A DNA stretch of 41,700 bases from NCBI GenBank assembly GCA_030587475.2, contig JAUQYZ020000001.1:1-41700 (forward strand), in the 5' to 3' direction. The position numbers and the translations under genes are program-made. Source of the DNA: Candidatus Sigynarchaeum calidifontis. Lineage in GTDB: Archaea; Asgardarchaeota; Lokiarchaeia; Sigyniarchaeales; Sigyniarchaeaceae. This document shows positions 27,748-36,133 of this stretch, piece by piece. The notes beneath the pieces were generated by a model. The model was not told the origin of the DNA, did not search any database, and worked only from the letters and a program-made list of their open reading frames with translations. Numbering within the stretch: position 1 is the stretch's first letter; each line of letters starts with the position of its first letter.

Positions 27748-27787
27748 TTGCGCTCATCTTGCCGCGTCGTCGCGTCTTTTTTTGCAT

Positions 27788-27997
27788 TTATACTTGTTTT
27801 TTAGTATCGATGTTGATGAAAGTATTCAGCCGGGCGATTATTTTCTTGATGGAGCGGATCTTGCCGGGTGATTCGGACGTGTTTCCCGCGGCGAGCAAGC
27901 TACGTTGATACGCGAGCTCGGTCTTGTATTCAGCGAGCTTCTTCTGCTTTTCCTCGAGGCTCATTTCCTTGATGCGCTTCTTGTTCATCTTTACCAT
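27788..27997 (-). CDS. rpl29: 50S ribosomal protein uL29
   Basis: IKEMSLEE...PGKIRSIKKIIARLNT. Confidence 0.93.
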   Translation of the reverse strand: MVKMNKKRIKEMSLEEKQKKLAEYKTELAYQRSLLAAGNTSESPGKIRSIKKIIARLNTFINIDTKKQV

Positions 27998-28013
27998 GTC
28001 GTTTCACCGCCCG

Positions 28014-28946
28014 TTACTTTTCATTCTCGGCCGGATCCTTGTCCTTATCGACATCTTCATTGCCGGCGGAAATGTCTTCCTTCTCATCCGTTTTCCCATC
28101 ATCTTCAGGAGCTTTATCTTCTTCGAGTTCCTCCTCGAGTTCCTCTTCGAGTGCCTCTGCATTCACGTCGTCTGTCTCAAGAAACTCGTCCGCGCCAGGC
28201 AACTTGCCCTTGATCTTACCGGGTACTATTTCCACGGGGGGTTCCTCGACCTCCTCCACGACCGGTGGCGCTGGACCCTTCGCGATGGGTATGGGCGTTT
28301 CGGGCCCTTCCTTTGGCGTGATGCGATCCTTGAACTCGGGACTTAGCTTGTCAACGCCGAGATACATGACCTCTTTCGGGTTGTCGTAGTTCTTCGGGAG
28401 GATGTTGATCCGGACTCCGAGAATGCCCGACTTGAGCTTCGCGTGCGCACAGCCGTGGCTCACGTGCTTGACGGGGTCCCCGCACCGCTTGATGTTTCCC
28501 TGGCGCATCTTCTGGTACCGGGCGCGCTGGGACGTGATCTTGCCCGTGATGATGATCTCAGCACCCTCGGCACCTGCTCTCATGATCCGGCGAAGCAGCC
28601 CGTATCCCGCCCGGCGGTAGTGTTGCCCCTTCTCCAATGCGCTGGCGAGGCGCTCGGCCATGATCTGGCCATTGAGCTCGGGGTTTCGGACCTCATCAAC
28701 GTCGATCTGCGGGTTCTCGATCTTGAAGTCGCGAGCAAGGACCTCCGTGAGGCCCTTCACGTTGGCACCTTTCTTGCCAATGACCAATCCAGGCCGCGCC
28801 GCCTTGATCGTCACGCGCGTGCCGAGTGGCGTCTTCTGGATATCAAGGCCAGCAAATCCGACGCCGTCGAGGTTCTTCCGAAAGTACTCGTGCAGTTCCA
28901 TCTGCTCCCTGGCTTTCACGGCGAAGAGGCGTTTGACGTTTACCAA
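28014..28946 (-). CDS. rps3: 30S ribosomal protein uS3 with long acidic C-terminal extension
   Basis: KTPLGTRVTI, RPGLVIGKKG, GAEIIITGK, GILGVRINI; TTG start. Confidence 0.97.
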   Translation of the reverse strand: MVNVKRLFAVKAREQMELHEYFRKNLDGVGFAGLDIQKTPLGTRVTIKAARPGLVIGKKGANVKGLTEVLARDFKIENPQIDVDEVRNPELNGQIMAERLASALEKGQHYRRAGYGLLRRIMRAGAEGAEIIITGKITSQRARYQKMRQGNIKRCGDPVKHVSHGCAHAKLKSGILGVRINILPKNYDNPKEVMYLGVDKLSPEFKDRITPKEGPETPIPIAKGPAPPVVEEVEEPPVEIVPGKIKGKLPGADEFLETDDVNAEALEEELEEELEEDKAPEDDGKTDEKEDISAGNEDVDKDKDPAENEK

Positions 28947-28992
28947 GCTGGTTTCATCTTCTTGATGGTGATCGTGAATGATTCCCGCATGT

Positions 28993-29185
28993 CAAGCGAT
29001 CCATGGGTTCTGTTGGCGGTAGCATTCCCGATCGCACCTCGGACTAGCAGCATTTAGCGAAACTCCTCGCTTTCCGATGCGCCAATCCAAAAGGATCGAG
29101 AAAAGCCACCCAGGACGCTCCAAATTACCAGCCGCCGCCACGGCGCCGGATCCGGAGCTTCTCCAAAACCGCGGAGATCGCCTTG
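28993..29185 (-). ncRNA. Candidate ~193 nt structured RNA (rps3 leader or stand-alone ncRNA)
   Basis: Nested helices read by eye on the minus strand: CAAG(G)CGAUC/GAUCGCUUG, GCUCC/GGAGC, GGUGGC/GCUACC, UUCUCGAUC/GAUCGGGAA, CGCA-UCGGA/UCCGA-GG-UGCG, AGCGA/UCGCU. Confidence 0.55.
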
Positions 29186-29211
29186 GGTTGTGTTATTGAA
29201 TCAGTTGCGGG

Positions 29212-29217
29212 TTTAAA
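29212..29217 (-). promoter_or_regulatory. Putative TATA box (TTTAAA) for the structured RNA/rps3 transcript
   Basis: Lies about 27 nt upstream of the 5' strand of the closing helix. Confidence 0.5.
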
Positions 29218-29572
29218 TGATGACGAAAATCAGCAAAGGGGTTTATGAGGATCGCCGCGCTCGCAGTGGTGGCCCCCGGATACAACACGTGGGAGGGTTG
29301 CAAAAAATCGACCCGTCTTGATCGCGAACCAGCCCAGCTTGCCATGATCGACGGGTTTCTGGCGAGAAAGGCCTTTGACGGATGGATCGCGTCGCCGAGA
29401 TCACGCTATTGGTCTAGCATCAAACCGGGCATCCAGAGATGCATCCCCGCGCCTCGGCTAAAATCTTCTTTTATTTCGGCGGAACGGGCACGTTCAACAA
29501 TTCTATCAAGAAGATAGATACTAACCTGCAATTATACGAAAGAAAGAGCCACGTGGAGAAGTATTGCCATGA

Positions 29573-30028
29573 TCACTCTTCAACGATGGCGATCTCGATG
29601 TGCGTGTTCTTGCGGAAGTAGGGAGACGAGCGGCCGTGCGCGCGGGGGATAAATTTCTTGATGACGCGGCCCTGGTTAACCGCACAATGGATGATGCGGC
29701 ACTTGTCCACGTCGAGACCCTTGTATTCCGCGTTGGTCTCGACATCCTTGAGAAGCTCGAGTACCTTCTGCGCAGACTTGATTGGCCAGCGGCCGGGTCC
29801 CACATGCCCCTTGCGATGAGGTACCTTCTTGTTGTACCGCTTGAAGGGGACGGGTTCTGTGAAATTGATCACGCGCTCGCAAAAGTCCTTGGCCTTCTGT
29901 AAAGGCATGCCTTTTATGTGGTGGCATACCTCTCGCGTTTTTTTTAAACTAACGGGGGCATCCCGTTTGGCCGCGATCGCGCTCTTGTCCCGGTTCAACC
30001 CTGTAATTGAATACCCGAAGTTTGGCAT
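29573..30028 (-). CDS. rpl22: 50S ribosomal protein uL22
   Basis: VSLKKTREVC, VPFKRY, GRWPIK, PRAHGR, HIEI. Confidence 0.97.
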   Translation of the reverse strand: MPNFGYSITGLNRDKSAIAAKRDAPVSLKKTREVCHHIKGMPLQKAKDFCERVINFTEPVPFKRYNKKVPHRKGHVGPGRWPIKSAQKVLELLKDVETNAEYKGLDVDKCRIIHCAVNQGRVIKKFIPRAHGRSSPYFRKNTHIEIAIVEE

Positions 30029-30185
30029 GATCGAAATTCACTCGCCGTTTATGCAAAGTGATTAGAATGTGATGTTGAATGCCAAGATTGATTTAAAACT
30101 TGGTTTTACGAGCCGAGGTTGTTGCTAGCCGGGCCGAGATCCACGTTTAAGTGCCCGGCGGGGGATGCGTAGCAGTGACGAACCG

Positions 30186-31013
30186 ATGACGACAGTGGCG
30201 ATGCCCGACCCGGCGGCGCTCGACATCGAGATACACGACTTCCACCGGCACGTGGAGATCGCCGATGCCGGCGACATGAAGGTATACCACGTCACCAGTG
30301 CGTGTATCCTCCCGTCATGGCGCGAGTACAGGGCATCTGCTTTCGATGCCTACCCATCCAACGATTTCACGAATATTTTTTGGTACAAGGCCGATGTCAA
30401 GACGATCCGGCAGAAATTCGCTGGCTGGGCAGGCCAGCTCTTCACGTTCATCCCCGTCGATTTCCAGGGCGGCGTGGACAAGTTCAAGCGGGACCTCGAC
30501 GAGCTCGATCCCGCCGGCGTCAAGCTGCACCCGCTGCAATGCTTTCCCCTCGACAAGGGCTTCCTCGATCCCTTCTTTCGCATCATCCGGGACCGGGATC
30601 TCCTCGTCCACGTGCACACGGACTGGCCATCCAGAACCGAGTTCGGCAAGTTCAAGCCCGTTCTCGGGGCGACGTTCGGCAAGCTGGCACGGTGGTATAC
30701 CGACATCACGTTCATCATGGGCCATGCGGGCAACAACGATTCCTATCTCAACATCTGGAAAATCGTGAAACGGTGCCCTAATTGTATCGTGGAAACATCC
30801 ATGGCCCCGACCCCAGCGGAGCTCGACCGGGTCATCGCCCGGGTGGGTGCCGACCGCATCGTGTTCGGATCCAACTTTCCATACTGCAACACGGCGGTCG
30901 AGATAACGCGGGTTCTCGCGCTCCATCGCGCGTCGGCGGAGGACAAGCGGGGCATCCTTGGTGAAAACGCACGCACGATCTTGAAGGACAAGCCAAGGGT
31001 GGTGGTGCCGTGA
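30186..31013 (+). CDS. Amidohydrolase_2-family TIM-barrel metallohydrolase (copy 1)
   Basis: DFHRH, GVKLHP, VHVHT, MGHAG, FGSNFP (Asn in place of the usual Asp). Confidence 0.88.
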   Translation: MTTVAMPDPAALDIEIHDFHRHVEIADAGDMKVYHVTSACILPSWREYRASAFDAYPSNDFTNIFWYKADVKTIRQKFAGWAGQLFTFIPVDFQGGVDKFKRDLDELDPAGVKLHPLQCFPLDKGFLDPFFRIIRDRDLLVHVHTDWPSRTEFGKFKPVLGATFGKLARWYTDITFIMGHAGNNDSYLNIWKIVKRCPNCIVETSMAPTPAELDRVIARVGADRIVFGSNFPYCNTAVEITRVLALHRASAEDKRGILGENARTILKDKPRVVVP

Positions 31014-31873
31014 TCGAGTTTCGCGGAGTACGGTACAGCGTGTTCGACGTGCACACGCATTGGTCTAACCTGGTCTGCAAAGTTCTCAGGGGCGTGCTCG
31101 AGATGGCCGCGCTGCCTGAGGTACTCGACCTGGTGTTCGCTAGCTGGAGCGACGTGGAATCGCGAACACGCAGCCGGTCCGAGCGCAACATGGAATTCTT
31201 CCCCCTGGTCCTCGACCGGTTCGGCATCGACCGTGCCGTCCTCTTGCCCGTGTTCGGCTTCGATGTCGGGTTCAACATCGAGATCGGCCGGCGCTTCCCG
31301 GGGCGTGTCACGAGCTTCGGGGCGGTGCCGCCGCGGGTGAGGGACGCGGAGCGGCGTTTCGAGCGGATGCGGGAGGCGGGCGTGAAGGGCCTCAAGCTCC
31401 ACGCGAATTACCACAAGTTCAGCCCGCGCTTGCACGCCGCGGAGCTGTCCCGCTTGTTGGGCTGGTGCAACGACGAGGGCATGATCGTGCTGTTCCACTC
31501 GGGGTCGCACTACGAGATCCGGGACCTGGTACCGGTGTTAAAGCCGTTCGACGACTTGCGCGTGATCATCGGCCACTCGGGTCTCGGGAACCAGGTGGAC
31601 CAAGCCGTGGCAGCGGCGAAGGTGCTGCCCAGCGCGTACCTGGAGGTGTCGAGCCAGCCGTACTCGTACATGTTCGAGCGGGCGCTCAAGGACCCGGACA
31701 TCGGGGTCGAGAGGTTCTTGTTCGGCAGCGACTTGCCGGGCATCCACCCGCTCGTCGAGGCCATGAAGGTGCTCCAGTTCCCCATTTCCGAGGCTGACAA
31801 GCAGCTCATCTTCTCGGGGAATGCCGAACGATTGCTCGACATTCGCATTGCAGAAAACCGTCAAGACAGATAA
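31010..31873 (+). CDS. Amidohydrolase_2-family TIM-barrel metallohydrolase (copy 2)
   Basis: DVHTH, GLKLHA, LFHSG, IGHSG, FGSDLP; GTGA overlap with copy 1. Confidence 0.9.
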   Translation: MIEFRGVRYSVFDVHTHWSNLVCKVLRGVLEMAALPEVLDLVFASWSDVESRTRSRSERNMEFFPLVLDRFGIDRAVLLPVFGFDVGFNIEIGRRFPGRVTSFGAVPPRVRDAERRFERMREAGVKGLKLHANYHKFSPRLHAAELSRLLGWCNDEGMIVLFHSGSHYEIRDLVPVLKPFDDLRVIIGHSGLGNQVDQAVAAAKVLPSAYLEVSSQPYSYMFERALKDPDIGVERFLFGSDLPGIHPLVEAMKVLQFPISEADKQLIFSGNAERLLDIRIAENRQDR

Positions 31874-31960
31874 AAATGATGAGTATTATAACCCGAGTGT
31901 TGTTAAATTCAAGATAACGAGCAAATGATGAAGTGAAAAGGAGAAGGAATCCCGTGTCGA

Positions 31961-32419
31961 TTATTTTAGCGGGACAAACTGGCTGCTTTTTGTCGCGCCG
32001 ATGCCTGGCGCGCCGTGGCGAACTGCTTTATTAGTGATCGAGAACTCGCCGAGGTATCTTCCGATCATCTCAGGAACGATGGTAAATTCCAAGAACGTCA
32101 TGCCATTGTACACGCCAACCGTTAAACCGACGAACTCGGGCAAGATGACCATGTCACGCACGTGCGTGCGCACCACGACCGTCTTGCCCTTCTTCAGCGC
32201 CCGCTTTGCAGCCCGCAGTTTTTCTAGCAATTTTTTCTGGCGCTTGGGAATGCCTCGAAGAAGCGAGCGTCTCTTTCGTGCATCGAGCAGCTTGATGAAG
32301 GAATCCATGCTGAGCCGTCGTAATTCGTCCATCTGGAACCCGCGGAACAAAAAGACCCGCTTTTTCAGCTCTTCCTCCGACTGCTGCTTCGGTGCTTCGG
32401 GTGGGGGGATTTCAGCCAT
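31961..32419 (-). CDS. rps19: 30S ribosomal protein uS19
   Basis: RTHVRDMVILPEFVG, PEMIGRYLGEFS, HGAPGIGATKSSQFVPLK. Confidence 0.97.
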   Translation of the reverse strand: MAEIPPPEAPKQQSEEELKKRVFLFRGFQMDELRRLSMDSFIKLLDARKRRSLLRGIPKRQKKLLEKLRAAKRALKKGKTVVVRTHVRDMVILPEFVGLTVGVYNGMTFLEFTIVPEMIGRYLGEFSITNKAVRHGAPGIGATKSSQFVPLK

Positions 32420-32570
32420 GTTCTACGTCCCGCAATAAATGCGTAGGAGATGTGTTGGATAGGCAGCCCCTTAATAAAAGGCTTGCCTGGAATACGATGA
32501 GGCATTTTACAGTAAAATTGATACTGACACATGGTGATGGTATCAAAAACCAAGGCTTTTCCTGGCGAGT

Positions 32571-33272
32571 TCAAGCCTTCACGAGCGTCCCCACGCGCTC
32601 CCCCGCTAAAGCCGCCGCGAGCACCTTGGTTTCGCCCTTGACGAGCCGCACGGGGATCTTGCTGCGGGCGATGATGCCAAGCGACACGGTATCGAGGATC
32701 CTGTATTCGCCAGCTTGCTGGTTCGCGAAGCTTCCGAGATCGAGGATTTTAGCAACCTCGGCTATCGTGACCTCGTCTAACTTCTTGGCGTCCTTGTGCT
32801 TGTCAGGATCTTTCGTGTATATCCCGTCGACATCGGTACCGATCACGAGCGGTCGCTCCAGCACCTCGGCAACCTCGCACGCCACGCTCGTCGTCGACTG
32901 GCCGATTTCAAGCCCGCCCAGGAATACCACCTTCGCCGGCGCCGCGGACTTGACCCGCAATAGCTCCTCGATCGATTCTGGCACGCCCTGGTAGGCCACG
33001 TCCGCCCCCACGAGACCGGCGATGGCCAGCGCGTTCAGCCGCGACACTTTAATACCGAGGAGATCTTGCACGGCATCGTTCGGGTGTACAGCCTTGATGG
33101 CGTTGATGTATAAACGCGCGACCTTTCCCCCGCCGACCACGACGACATCGATTCGCTTCTCGTTAGCCTTGATAAATTCCACGAACTCTTGGATTCTTGC
33201 CGTGTTCACGTTTAGCTTGTCATCGAACAGCAAGGATCCCCCGATTTTCACGACATGCTTGTCCCTTGCCAT
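32571..33272 (-). CDS. pyrH: UMP kinase (archaeal type)
   Basis: VVKIGGS, VVVGGGKVARLYI, DLLGIKVSRLNA, GQSTTSVA, TDVDGIYTKDP. Confidence 0.92.
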   Translation of the reverse strand: MARDKHVVKIGGSLLFDDKLNVNTARIQEFVEFIKANEKRIDVVVVGGGKVARLYINAIKAVHPNDAVQDLLGIKVSRLNALAIAGLVGADVAYQGVPESIEELLRVKSAAPAKVVFLGGLEIGQSTTSVACEVAEVLERPLVIGTDVDGIYTKDPDKHKDAKKLDEVTIAEVAKILDLGSFANQQAGEYRILDTVSLGIIARSKIPVRLVKGETKVLAAALAGERVGTLVKA

Positions 33273-33357
33273 GGTTCATCGTGCCCCGAACCTTGATCAA
33301 CCATTGGTTTCTTGCTTAAAGAATCAATGCCCGGCCGACGCGAGCCATGCCTCGGTA

Positions 33358-34071
33358 TCAATCGCCGCCATCCTCATCGTCCCCATCTTCCTTGTCTCCC
33401 TCGTCGCCATCGAAATCGTCCTCCTCGCCACCCTCATCTTCTTCCAAGTCAGTGTCCCCGTTTTCCTCGTCAATGAAGCTGTCATCATCGTCATCTTCAT
33501 CAGCATCTTCATCGGCAGCATCTTCAGCAGCATCGATTGGCTCGAGGTCACCCAGGGCGTCTCGGGCGACGAACTGTGCCCCAGATTCACTGAACATGTC
33601 GCGTATCCCGTCTATCGCATCGGGATCGTCGGGATCGATGTTGAGCGCGCTCTGGAAACAGAAATTGGCCTCGACCTCGTACCCGTGCTTGAAGAGATAC
33701 TTGCCGATCGTCACCCACGGGGTCGTGTCGAAGAGCGTTTGCATGAACGCGTTCTTGAAGCAGCTCTCCGCGCTCCCCTCGTCGCCTTGCCGCGCCAGCG
33801 CGAACCCCATTCCGATAAATGCCTCCGGGTTCTCCCGCCGCACCTTGAGGGCCGAACCGAACGCGACGATGGCGGCGTTCGTTTCGCCGAGTTGCAGGTT
33901 GACGAGCCCTAGCTGTACCCACGCATCCACGTGACCCGGATCGAGTATAGTAGCTGCTTCAAAAGCGGCTAGCGCCCCCCTGGCATCGCCGTTCATGTCG
34001 AGCTTGACGCCCTCTTGGTACCGGGTTTCTGCGCTGCCACGTGGCGATCCCGCGTCCTTTTCACCAGTCAT
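33358..34071 (-). CDS. TPR protein with ~55-residue Asp/Glu-rich C-terminal tail
   Basis: About four canonical TPRs (AWVQLGLVNLQLG..AIVAFGSALKVRRENPEAF) followed by EDAADEDADEDDDDD... Confidence 0.88.
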   Translation of the reverse strand: MTGEKDAGSPRGSAETRYQEGVKLDMNGDARGALAAFEAATILDPGHVDAWVQLGLVNLQLGETNAAIVAFGSALKVRRENPEAFIGMGFALARQGDEGSAESCFKNAFMQTLFDTTPWVTIGKYLFKHGYEVEANFCFQSALNIDPDDPDAIDGIRDMFSESGAQFVARDALGDLEPIDAAEDAADEDADEDDDDDSFIDEENGDTDLEEDEGGEEDDFDGDEGDKEDGDDEDGGD

Positions 34072-34134
34072 GGTTCTTTCTCCCCATTTAGCGATCGGGC
34101 CTCAACCTATCGTGCGTTTTTTCTCCATACCACG

Positions 34135-34935
34135 TCAATTGGATGAGCCGGGCATCTCAAGGAACACGCCCTTCTCCGCTATCTTGCCGAGGAAGGCCAT
34201 GATTTCCGTGACCGTGCTGGACAACACCTTAGCATTGTCATATTTCGAGATAATGGCCTCCAATTGCTTATTAGTCTTGTTTTTCTTGAATGCGGCCACG
34301 ATATCGACCATTCTCGGTATGGCGCGCATAATATTGTCACATATGGTCACGTGCGCATACTGGGACGTGCGGGACATCGGGTTCAAGTCGATGGCGATGA
34401 TCTTTTTTCCAGCCTTGCGAAGCGCCTCGGTTCTATCCCCGTCCTCTAGCGGGACGAGCACCACGTCGGCGATCGCGATGCCTCGCGGGTCGATGATGCG
34501 TCTGTTGCTTTCGAGATTTGCAAGGGTCGCGGGCGGCACGTCGCCAAGGCCCAGGATTTCGGTCGCGCCGGCCTTCCGGAGCACTTTTTCGATCGCTGCC
34601 TCGCGGCCAGGCTCCCGGTAGAACAAATTGACCTCCAGCTTGGCACCGATAGCAGCGCCCAGCTGCACGATGCTCTCCGGGACGAGAGCCGCCGCGTTCC
34701 CGTTGATCGAGATGACCGGATGCTTGGCGAGCAACAACATCGCCACTGCCGCTTCCATCGCCTCGACGGCGGATGGCAGCGTCTTTTCACCCATAAGGTA
34801 GTCGAATGCCTCCCCGCGACCGTGCGCGAACAACCCGGCCTTGGTCACGACCTTCTGTTCCATACCCTCGATGATCTTCTGGCGCACGCGCAACGATTCT
34901 GCACGCGGGTGGCTAGACGGGATGTGATCGCTCAT
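34135..34935 (-). CDS. 4-phosphopantoate--beta-alanine ligase (archaeal phosphopantothenate synthetase)
   Basis: HPRAESL, AHGRGEAFDYLMGE, SINGNAAAL, EVNLFYR, VPLEDGDR, IDLNPMSRT. Confidence 0.95.
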   Translation of the reverse strand: MSDHIPSSHPRAESLRVRQKIIEGMEQKVVTKAGLFAHGRGEAFDYLMGEKTLPSAVEAMEAAVAMLLLAKHPVISINGNAAALVPESIVQLGAAIGAKLEVNLFYREPGREAAIEKVLRKAGATEILGLGDVPPATLANLESNRRIIDPRGIAIADVVLVPLEDGDRTEALRKAGKKIIAIDLNPMSRTSQYAHVTICDNIMRAIPRMVDIVAAFKKNKTNKQLEAIISKYDNAKVLSSTVTEIMAFLGKIAEKGVFLEMPGSSN

Positions 34936-34986
34936 ATGTTGCAGAAGGAGGACTTAAATTACTACTTATCCTCCCTTGCTACAGCC

Positions 34987-36129
34987 ATGATCCCCGCCGT
35001 TCTTGCGACCATCAAGGAGATCGCCGCGTGCCAAACGTCCATTTCGACATTGGACTTGATCGAAACCAAACTGCGATCCATCCAACAAACAAGCCAGGGA
35101 GTGAATATTTCTCGCGTCGGGGGAGGAAATATCTGTGTATTCGAACAAGAGCCTTATTCCCCCCATGCAGGGCCTGGATCGCTCGTGATCCTCGTGAAGG
35201 TGGCTAACGCGGATCCAGCAATGCACGATGGTGCCGCGGGAGCTCGTGCAAGCACGCTGGAGCGATCGCTGCACGTTCACGAGGAGCGTGCCGGCGGGAA
35301 AGGCATCGCGAAAGCGCTCATGATCGCGGTGTTGCTTGACTGGCTCGGCGATCTCTCGTCCCCGCATCGCGTTGGCACGGTACGTGTTGTTTTTTACGGC
35401 TGGAGCGATGCCAATATCGGTGCCGTCGATAGATTTGCCGCCGTGCTGCCGGTGAATCACGCGTTCTTGTGGTTCATGGAACCAACTAATGCAATGGCGT
35501 GCCCAGCAGAAAAAGGTTTTGGTAAATTGACGATCACGTTTAACACCGATGGTTCAAGCACGGCCAGCGACATGGCGGAAAAGCTGTCGAGAAGCATCAA
35601 TGAAAGATTCAAGCCATCCCACCCCGTGTATCCACTCGACCCGAACAATCGACTCTCCTTCCGGTTCCTGCCGGGCGCGCAACACGCGGTCGCTTCACCC
35701 TCTAGCGAGACATCCCCGCCCTCGATCTACGTTACATTCTCGCACCACCCGCTCGCTCCCGCGTTCAAGCAAGACTTGACAGAACACGTTAATGCCCAAG
35801 GAAAACGGCTCGGGGTGGGGGATGGCTTGCGCATCAAGACGGAACACCATTTTCCCGGAGCCTTGTTCGACACGAGACTGGAAGCCTTTCAGCGTTTCAT
35901 AGCAATCCACCGCCGCATTTTTTTCAAGGAACCATACATGGACTGGCACGTTCACCCGAGCATGGCATCGGCCGTGTTCAAGCATCATCCGGCCGCGCCG
36001 GCCGTGATCTACGGTCTGGGAGATCCATATTTAGTGGAGGACGGTCAAGCCATCGTTTCGGCGACCGATGCATCGGATTTCCGCGACTTGCTCGGTGCGG
36101 TCGGCGAGGAATTCCTTTTCAAGACGTGA
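34987..36129 (+). CDS. Degenerate M20 (ArgE/DapE-like) fold protein, metal ligands apparently lost
   Basis: Retains EPT..x..AEKGFGKLTITF and C-terminal AVIYGLG, but the HxD, DxKG, EE and final His motifs are replaced; start uncertain. Confidence 0.6.
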   Translation: MIPAVLATIKEIAACQTSISTLDLIETKLRSIQQTSQGVNISRVGGGNICVFEQEPYSPHAGPGSLVILVKVANADPAMHDGAAGARASTLERSLHVHEERAGGKGIAKALMIAVLLDWLGDLSSPHRVGTVRVVFYGWSDANIGAVDRFAAVLPVNHAFLWFMEPTNAMACPAEKGFGKLTITFNTDGSSTASDMAEKLSRSINERFKPSHPVYPLDPNNRLSFRFLPGAQHAVASPSSETSPPSIYVTFSHHPLAPAFKQDLTEHVNAQGKRLGVGDGLRIKTEHHFPGALFDTRLEAFQRFIAIHRRIFFKEPYMDWHVHPSMASAVFKHHPAAPAVIYGLGDPYLVEDGQAIVSATDASDFRDLLGAVGEEFLFKT

Positions 36130-36133
36130 GACA

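Noticed and set aside
28993-29185. RNase P RNA or SRP RNA identity for the structured region (it contains AAUGCU...AACAGAA and GAGGAG)
   Set aside because: No convincing P4 pairing (GAGGAAxUCC with a partner after ACAGAA), too short for a typical archaeal P RNA, and no SRP helix-8 motif; cmscan is needed for a final answer.
29245-29517. 90-aa plus-strand ORF in the rpl22-rps3 gap
   Set aside because: No recognisable motif and atypical composition; better explained as non-coding.
33022-33934. Long plus-strand Ser-rich and hydrophobic ORFs (also 28039-28389)
   Set aside because: Antisense translations of Asp/Glu-rich tails.
34720-34986. Upstream extension of the M20-like ORF
   Set aside because: Overlaps or abuts the start of the PPS gene on the opposite strand; ATG 34987 leaves room for a divergent promoter.
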